64,000 nt of DNA from Octopus sinensis. Its lineage: Eukaryota. The notes beneath the pieces are model-generated. The model worked only from the letters and a program-made list of their open reading frames with translations. It was not told the DNA's origin and searched no databases. Numbering within the stretch: position 1 is the first letter of the stretch; each line of letters starts with the position of its first letter. Location: the NCBI RefSeq assembly GCF_006345805.1, contig NC_043023.1, positions 17,112,001 to 17,176,000 on the forward strand, written 5' to 3'. Positions 56,643-64,000 of this stretch are shown here, in pieces. The position numbers were made by a program, and so were the translations under genes.

Positions 56643-56915
56643 CAGGGCTCACTATCCCGGACTGATGATATATATATATTTGTGTGTGTATATACATATT
56701 GATAGCTGATCTCTTTGCTCTCTAGTGTGTGTGTGTGTGTGTGGAGAGAGAGAGTTGTTTTGCGTTGTTATAGTATCCAATCAGCTGCATGCAGTTCAGA
56801 TGCATTGGCTGTGGTATTTCCGTGTGTGATTCTTAACAGAAGAAGCCACACTCAAGAATTCAAGTTTCCATTGAAGCTACAGTAAGAAACTTTGGGAACT
56901 TATGAGAAATAGAAT

Positions 56916-56938
56916 CTATTTTAATTGGCAAGTACAAC
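56916..56938 (-). pseudogene. Paralog of putative exon 5 with a mutated acceptor (AG to AT)
   Basis: Minus strand reads ttaatttacat-gttgtacttgccaattaaaatag. Confidence 0.4.
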
Positions 56939-58234
56939 ATGTAAATTAATAACAGATCTGAACTGCACGCAGCTGATTGTACACTATAGTAACTAAAAAC
57001 AAATAACTTCCATACGCACTCACTAGAGGGCAGAGAAAACAGCTATCAACACCATTCTTTTGTAACTTTTACGAAGATGGGTCTTAACTCTAAAATATTG
57101 AAATATCAGGTACTAGTACCAACCGTCGACCAATATTATCATTCTAATAAATTACACTGTTTCGCTTTAAAAATATTTAAAATATTTATGTTTATATGAT
57201 AACGTTTCAAAAAAAAAAATTTAGCTTCAGTTCGGCTTTGATCAAGGAGATCTGTCGTTAAAAGTCATTCCAACCATGACAATCCGGTCCTATTTCTTCC
57301 TTAGATAGAATGGATGTCGAACTATATCGACCAGCGATAGTACAGTGTTGAATGGAAACAAACGCAGTTTCTTATAGAAAACATGATATTCCATCAACTC
57401 CCGCTTGTTCTACCATCAGAATCACGTATTTCTTTACCCAAACAATGCCGTGTTTTTAGCTCGAAAAGAGGAAACAGTTGCTATGCAACCCCAGCTTGTG
57501 TCTACAGGTGTATTTTGGGAAATGGGGATTAGAGATGGGGCGTCAGAATACTGTGGTTCTAAAATGGAAGTTTTAGGAAACATGTCTGATACGAATGAGA
57601 CTCAAATTGGCCGTCAGAAAAAGGGCTGGTAAATGTACCCAGCGGCTTTGGGCAGCAGTTATACAGTTTGATGGGGCAGAAATTCATTTTAATAATGGTA
57701 GAAGAGATACAATGGAGGGACAGCAAGTTGATGGACCGATAATTATATGTGCCATTAATTAAAGTAGATTGACGGGGAAAGGATTTTTAGCTTAATTTCG
57801 AGTGTAAATCCAGCGCAGAAAGTGGCCAGCTTAAAGATACAGTTTCCAACCTCATTTTCTAATTAAAAAAGCAGTTTTATACAATCAAGTTTATGATGGG
57901 AAAAGTACGTATGTTAAAAATATGTCTTTATCTTTTCACCTTGTATTGGTATTGTTTTTATATGTATATTTCCGGCCTCTGAGCTGTGATTGATTTCTTA
58001 CTTAAAAAATACCAGTAATTAGTTTTTCTCGCCGGGCGAGATGCTTAGCAACATTTCATCTGCCTTGACGTTCTGAGTTCAAATTCCGTCGAGGTCGACT
58101 TTGTCTTTCATCTTTTCGGGGTCAATGAAATAAGTACCAGTTGAATGTTGGGGTCGATGTAATCGACTAGCCGTTTCCCCTCAAATTTGAGGCCTTAAGC
58201 CTCCAGTAGATATTATTATTATTATTATTATTAT

Positions 58235-58320
<86 letters not shown>

Positions 58321-58346
58321 ACTACTACTACTACTACTACTACTAC

Positions 58347-58396
<50 letters not shown>

Positions 58397-58397
<1 letters not shown>

Positions 58398-61300
58398 TAT
58401 GTTTGACTTTTGCTTTATATTTGTACAAGTTGGCTCCAAGTCTCACCCAGAGACCTCAAAAGACAACAGGTTGGAAGTTCATGTTGTTGTTATGCCTGTG
58501 TGCCATGTATTGTGGGGGGGGGTGTTGTACTAATGAATGTCTAAAAAAAAAAATTTTTTAAACCGAAAATTATGTTTGTTTTAAACCTTGAGATTACATA
58601 GAAAGTATTTTGCGTAGGATATGAACAGTTCCCATGAGCACTATCTTTTGAATTTCTGTCATTTTTGGGTTTCCTGGTATCTGAGTTAGGTAGCTATCAG
58701 CCCCTTTTGCTATCATTCCCAGGACACCTATGACAACAGGTATTGTTTTAGTCTTCAGGTTCCACATTTTGCTGATTTCTATTTCAAGATCTTTATATTT
58801 GCTCAGTTTTTGGTAGGTCTTGACAGATACGTTTATATCGATTGGGACAGTCATATCAATGAGGAGGCATGTTCTTTGTTTGAAGTCTTTCAATATGATG
58901 TCTGGCCTATTTGCATCTATCTTTCTTTCAGTTTGAATGGTGAAGTTCCAGAGGAGTGAGATGTGGTCATTTTCAAGCACTGGGGGTGGTTTGTGTTCCC
59001 ACCAGTTTTTTTCATGGGGCAAATCCAGGTTTTTGCAGATTACCCAGTGAATATATTGTGCAGCTCTATCGTGCCTGTTGAGATACTCTGTAGGGGCTAG
59101 GAGATTGCACTTGGAGACCACATGATCAATGGTTTCATTTTGTTGCTGGCATACACGACACGTTGGACTGCTTCTGATCTTTAATATGTTGGCCTGGTAG
59201 TTTCTTGTTGGTAGGCATTGATCTTGAGCTGCTATGATAAACCCCTCTGTTTCAGATTTTAAGCCAGAGGCCATTAGCCATTGATGTGTCAGGGCTTTGT
59301 CAACATCTGCATTATTTGCTCTCTTTGGGTATTTGCCATTGAGAGGTTTTTCTTGCCATTTATCATTCAGAATATCTAAGGCCGCAGATTTAGCACGGGT
59401 TTTCATGCGCTTAGCTTTTTCTGTGCCTGTTTCTTGTATGTCTATCTCTAATTCCGAAATTTGTTGTATTCGGAATTCACTTAGATATTCCTTTGCCTGT
59501 TTTGTTACTGAGTATGATGCTTTCTTGTTTTCATGTTTTGAGACAAGTTTTAACATCCAGTCCTCAGAATTTTTCAGGTAGGTGTCTAGGCCAATTGTAG
59601 CAATCTTCATTGTTATTGCCAGTTGTAAAAGTCCACGGCCTCCCTCTTTTCTTGGCAGATAGAGTCTTTCTGTATCTGCCTTAGGGTGGTGCATTCTATG
59701 CATTGTCAACAGTTTTCATATTTTTCTGTCGAGCTGACATATTTCAGTAATTGACCAGTTAACGACATTGAAACTGTAAGTCACAACTGGTATGGCTAAT
59801 GCATTGATCGCTTTGATCCTGTTTCTCGCATTCAGCTCTGTCTTGAGTATTGCTCTTACTCTGCGAAAACATTCTCTCCTGATCCTTTCCTTCATCTCTG
59901 AATGCCTTATTCCTTCTCCTTCAATTACCCCTAGATACTTGTAGTTCTCTGCTGGGTCTTTTATGACATTCTGCTGGTCAAGGTTAACGTTAGATGTTTC
60001 TGTCATTTTTCCTTTGATAAAAGTAGCTTTTGCACACTTATCGAGGCCAAATTGCATTCTGATGTCATCACTGAATTGTTTGACAATCGCTAGTAAGCCC
60101 TTGAGTTGTTGGTCATTTTTTGCAAAGAGCTTTAAATCATCCATGTAAATGAGATGATTTATATTTTTATCAAACATTTTATATCCGTACTGCGCGTCAT
60201 TGAGCAGTTTTGAGAGAGGCATTAAGGCTAAACAGAAGAGGAGTGGTGATAGTGAGTCACCCTGGAAAATGCCACATGAAACTTTTACATCACCAGCATT
60301 TAGAGATTCATTGTCACTGTTCAAAGTTAGTGTGGTTCTCCATGATCTCATACTTACAGACAAAAAGTTTCGCAGAGCAGTGCTATCTTATACATTTCTA
60401 GGCATTTCTTAATCCAGCTATGTGGTAGGCTATCAAAAGCCTTTTATAGTCTATCCAGGCTATTGATAAGTTTTTGTGTCGTTGTGACAATCTTCTAAGA
60501 TCATCTTATTGATGAGTAGTTGATCTTTACAACCGTAGGATCCACGTTTACATTTTCTGTTCATTAGGCAATATGCTGCTGTCTGTCAAAAAACTATAGG
60601 TGTATTCCGTCAGGACAGATGTTAGTGTTTTATACATAGTTGTTAAGCAGGTTATGGGTCTATAGTTTTTTGTTCATTTGTTTCTTCACTTTTTGGAAGC
60701 AGGAATGTTAACCCATTAACTAGCCAAGGAGGCATCCTACTAGGGTGTTGCAAAACATCATTGTAAAGTTATGTTAGCAGTTCATGGCTCTCTGGGAAGG
60801 CATTCAACCAAAAGTTAGGGATTTTATCCTTTCCTGGAGACTTCCATTTGCTTGACCTCCTGAGAGCAGATCTTATATCTTCTACCTTGACACCCTCCCA
60901 CTTTTGCTCTTCTAAGGAGTCCAGTTCTTTAGATATTCTATCAATCCAGGGGGCCTTTTCGCTGTGTGTTTTTTCTTCTGCCCAAATTTTATTCCAAAAT
61001 CCCTGCACTTCTTCTTTTGATGGTACAGACTTTACAGTAACTGTTGTTTTTCCTATATTCCTGCAAAAATTTTCGCGGTTATTTTTGAACATGTTGTTGT
61101 CCCTGAAGAATCTAACACGCTTTTCATACCTCGCTATGCGGGCAGCTTTTGCAGATACCTTTTGCTTGATGGTTTCTATGGTGGCATCAATATCAAGTAT
61201 AGTTTTCATATATTTTTTCATTAGTTTTTGGGTTTTTGTAGGTTTGGCAGTCTTATGAACCTTAAGGTTTTTCAAATATTCAATGTCAGATCTAAATAGT

Positions 61301-62442
61301 TTAATTTGTTGTTGCAAACGCTCTTGCCAAGAAGGCTTTTTGTGGGACTGTTGCCGTTTTCTAATCTTTACACCACATAGGATCGTTGAGATTTTCGCGG
61401 ATGCATAGTATAGGTGGTTGAGATCTGTGATATCAACATCATTAGCTGAAATTATATCCTTAAGTGCAAGCAGGGTTTTACCAATTATTTTCATGTTTTG
61501 GTTAGAGTTGCGGATTTTAGGGAGTGTATCACGTTTATCCATACTGGTTTCTTTAATTTTCAGCCATTCAATCATGATTTGACTTTTTAGCTCATGTAGT
61601 TCTGTCGGTCAATATTTGTGTGACTTTCTTCATCTATTTGATGTTCATCTGTCTTAGTGTTTATATTTGGTTCAGGGAGTATTTCACTTTGCCTATCACT
61701 TATACTAACTCTTTCAATCCTTACTTCGTTTTTATTAGCTCTGAGCTGGTCTATAATTATTTCCTCTGTATTATCTTCTTTAGCTGCAGCTTCGTTCATT
61801 CTATCCGTTACTGCTTGTCTAATTTGATCAACCTCTACTTCAGTCAGTAATTTTTTTTTATGTTTCTTCTGACGTTGGCAAGTTTGTTACTGTCTATGTA
61901 GGGTCTTACTTCAGGGTGTTTCTGTCTCTAGTTTATGTAGGTTTGTATAGTGTTCGATTTATCTGTGGGGAAATATATGGCATGGTAGAAGGCCGCAAGA
62001 ACTTCTTTATTATCTTCCCTAGTCCATTTTTCCTTCTTTTTCTTTTGAGTGTTTGGTGACGAGCATGGATGGCCATCTGTTGGAATATTCCAGTTGCGGG
62101 GTACGTCCAGCTCCTGTGTGTCGGGAAGATTTGATCCAGTAGCTGATTTTTCAATCAGACTTTGGTTCAATTTTCGGGTACGTGGTATTTTGTAGTCCGC
62201 TCGCCGACCATCGCGGATTGTAGGTTGTTTTGTTGACATTGAAGCATAACGAGCTTCCATTCTTATATTAGGAGATGGATCTGTCAGTTTAGGATTCTCT
62301 GCACGTAAACATTGTTCGTAGCGCAGGTTTTTAAGGCTAGCAGATCTGTATTCATCTGTATTTTTTTTGTTGATAGTTTTATCTCCGGGCATAGTTTTCC
62401 CTTTTTTTTTTACTTATGAAAGGTTCACTCTGCCTGTATTAG
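58397..62442 (-). mobile_element. R4/Dong-clade non-LTR retrotransposon (RT, CCHC, restriction-like endonuclease) inserted in (TAA)n; frameshifted
   Basis: GIFQGDSLSPLLF, HLIYMDDLKL, CRVC...ETIDHVVSKC, RPDIIL...LIDMTVP...KYKDL; (TAA)n on both flanks, the known Dong target. Confidence 0.88.
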
Positions 62443-62448
62443 TTATTA

Positions 62449-62487
<39 letters not shown>

Positions 62488-62700
62488 TAGGAGGCGGCGA
62501 GCAGGCAGAATTGTTAGCACTCCGGACAAAATGCTTAGCAACAATTTGCTCGTCTTTACGTTCTGAGTTCAAATTCCTCCGAGATTAATTTTATCCTTTC
62601 GGAGGTCGATGAAATAATTAATTACCAATTAAGTACCAATTAAGCAATAAACAATCCCCCCTTACCCCAAACTGCAGGTCTTGTGCCTATAGTAGACTGG

Positions 62701-62743
<43 letters not shown>

Positions 62744-62747
62744 TTTA

Positions 62748-62815
<68 letters not shown>

Positions 62816-63133
62816 TCATCGCTGCCACCACTACCACCTCTGCTACTAGTACTACAACTATGAACTGGGTGAGTGTGAGAACCGGTGAAGTGCCAAGCAA
62901 TATACCTTGCGATAGTTTCGTCCCTTAAGATTTTCAGCGGAAATTCTACCAAAGCCATACCTGCCTTCCATTATTTTAGGGTCGGTAAAATAATAGCAAT
63001 AAAGTAAGTAATAAAATCGAATTCACCTTTGCCTTAAAATACGTGATTCTGTACCTATGAGAGAAATCATTATTTTTATTATCTTAAATCATTAAAGATG
63101 TTAATAATGAGTAAGAAGATAATTTATACATAC

Positions 63134-63284
63134 TTGTTATTGAACGTAAATATTGTTAAATGTGAATAAGCGATAGTTGGACCTGAAATGACTTTATTGT
63201 TTTGAACCACGATGTAGAAGTCGTCTCCGTGCCGTTGAAAATAAACGTGCGATTTAGAATTGTTCCGCTCAACTGAAATTTCAC
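63134..63284 (-). pseudogene. Paralogous exon 3 of the PAN-domain gene (1-nt deletion in an A-run as assembled)
   Basis: Intact splice sites; restored reading VKFQLSGTILNRTFIFNGTETTSTSWFKNNKVISGPTIAYSHLTIFTFNN. Confidence 0.8.
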
Positions 63285-64000
63285 CTGAAAACAGAAAGTT
63301 GACTCGGATCAGTAAAGAATCTAAAAGAATAAGGGAGGTAAGAGAAAGGGGACTGGGTTGTGATATAGGAAGAGAGTAGGAGGGTGAGAAGGAGATATAA
63401 AGAAACGTGGAGGAAGAGTGTGAGAGAGTTTCAGAGTAAAAGAGAAAAAGATTAGAGAAGTTGTGAAAAAGGAGGAGACGGAGGGAGGGAGTGAAAGTGA
63501 GAGGATGAAATACAAAGTAGCGAATGAAGTGGAAGATTAAGATGGCGAGAAAGAGTTTGGATTTATGAGACAGAGAATCGGATTAATAACTAATGAGTCG
63601 GGATTTCGGAGTCTTTGTAAAAAGTTTCGTTGCATCTGTGGGAAGTAGAAGACCCTGACAAAATCCGGGACAAAAACAAAAGGTAAAAACAACAAGAATC
63701 AATCTCCCATCAACAATGTCACATTGATATTCTGTGGAGGAATGAAGGGCGACATCAGGACCGGAAGTAAAAGGGAAGTGACGTCATGTCAAGAAGCGGG
63801 ACATTTGAACAGCATTTTTCATGGAAGTGTGGAACGGATGTCAGAGGGATAGTAGTTTCTGGCCAGAGTAGCTACTCATGTTGGTATGTCCATCATGTTC
63901 CTTTGGCCCTGGTGGAGTGTCACTTTATACCCTATTCTGAAGTTCATCTCGAGGGAAAAGCATTCTTATTTTTGCCACCCCATCTACATATTCACAAATT

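Noticed and set aside
58594-60363. RTE classification or host gene for the long minus-strand ORFs
   Set aside because: The C-terminal CCHC plus PD..D..K restriction-like endonuclease and the (TAA)n target indicate R4/Dong.

Overview
This is AT-rich, microsatellite-saturated animal genomic DNA. The SINE families, C2H2 remnant and repeat landscape point to a coleoid cephalopod, probably Octopus (inference). Nearly all ORFs in the supplied track are artefacts of (ATAC)n, (TA)n and (TATC)n repeats. (1) One host gene absent from the track as a whole can be assembled on the + strand from 5 phase-compatible coding exons (20711-28827). It encodes a ~230-aa secreted protein with a signal peptide, a PAN/apple-like Cys domain and an 'FNG.G..S.SWF' domain. 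(2) An inverted paralog of this gene lies on the - strand, within a giant inverted segmental duplication (~23.9-38.8 kb versus ~44.4-64 kb). The shared exon differs at about 22 of 50 aligned residues with no silent change, while the flanking introns are ~97-99% identical. (3) There are nested retroelements: CR1/L2, RTE, Tx1/L1, CRE-like, an R4/Dong element in (TAA)n, two Penelope-like elements and a mariner, plus a Helitron remnant. (4) Several unrelated small non-coding, partially tandem elements carry type I hammerhead ribozymes, mostly with palindromic stem III. These are retrozyme-like and all sit in microsatellites. (5) A tandem segmental duplication at 0.6-11 kb shows reciprocal filled and empty insertion sites. 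All alignments and foldings were done by eye. Repeat boundaries are approximate; exon and TIR coordinates were counted base by base.
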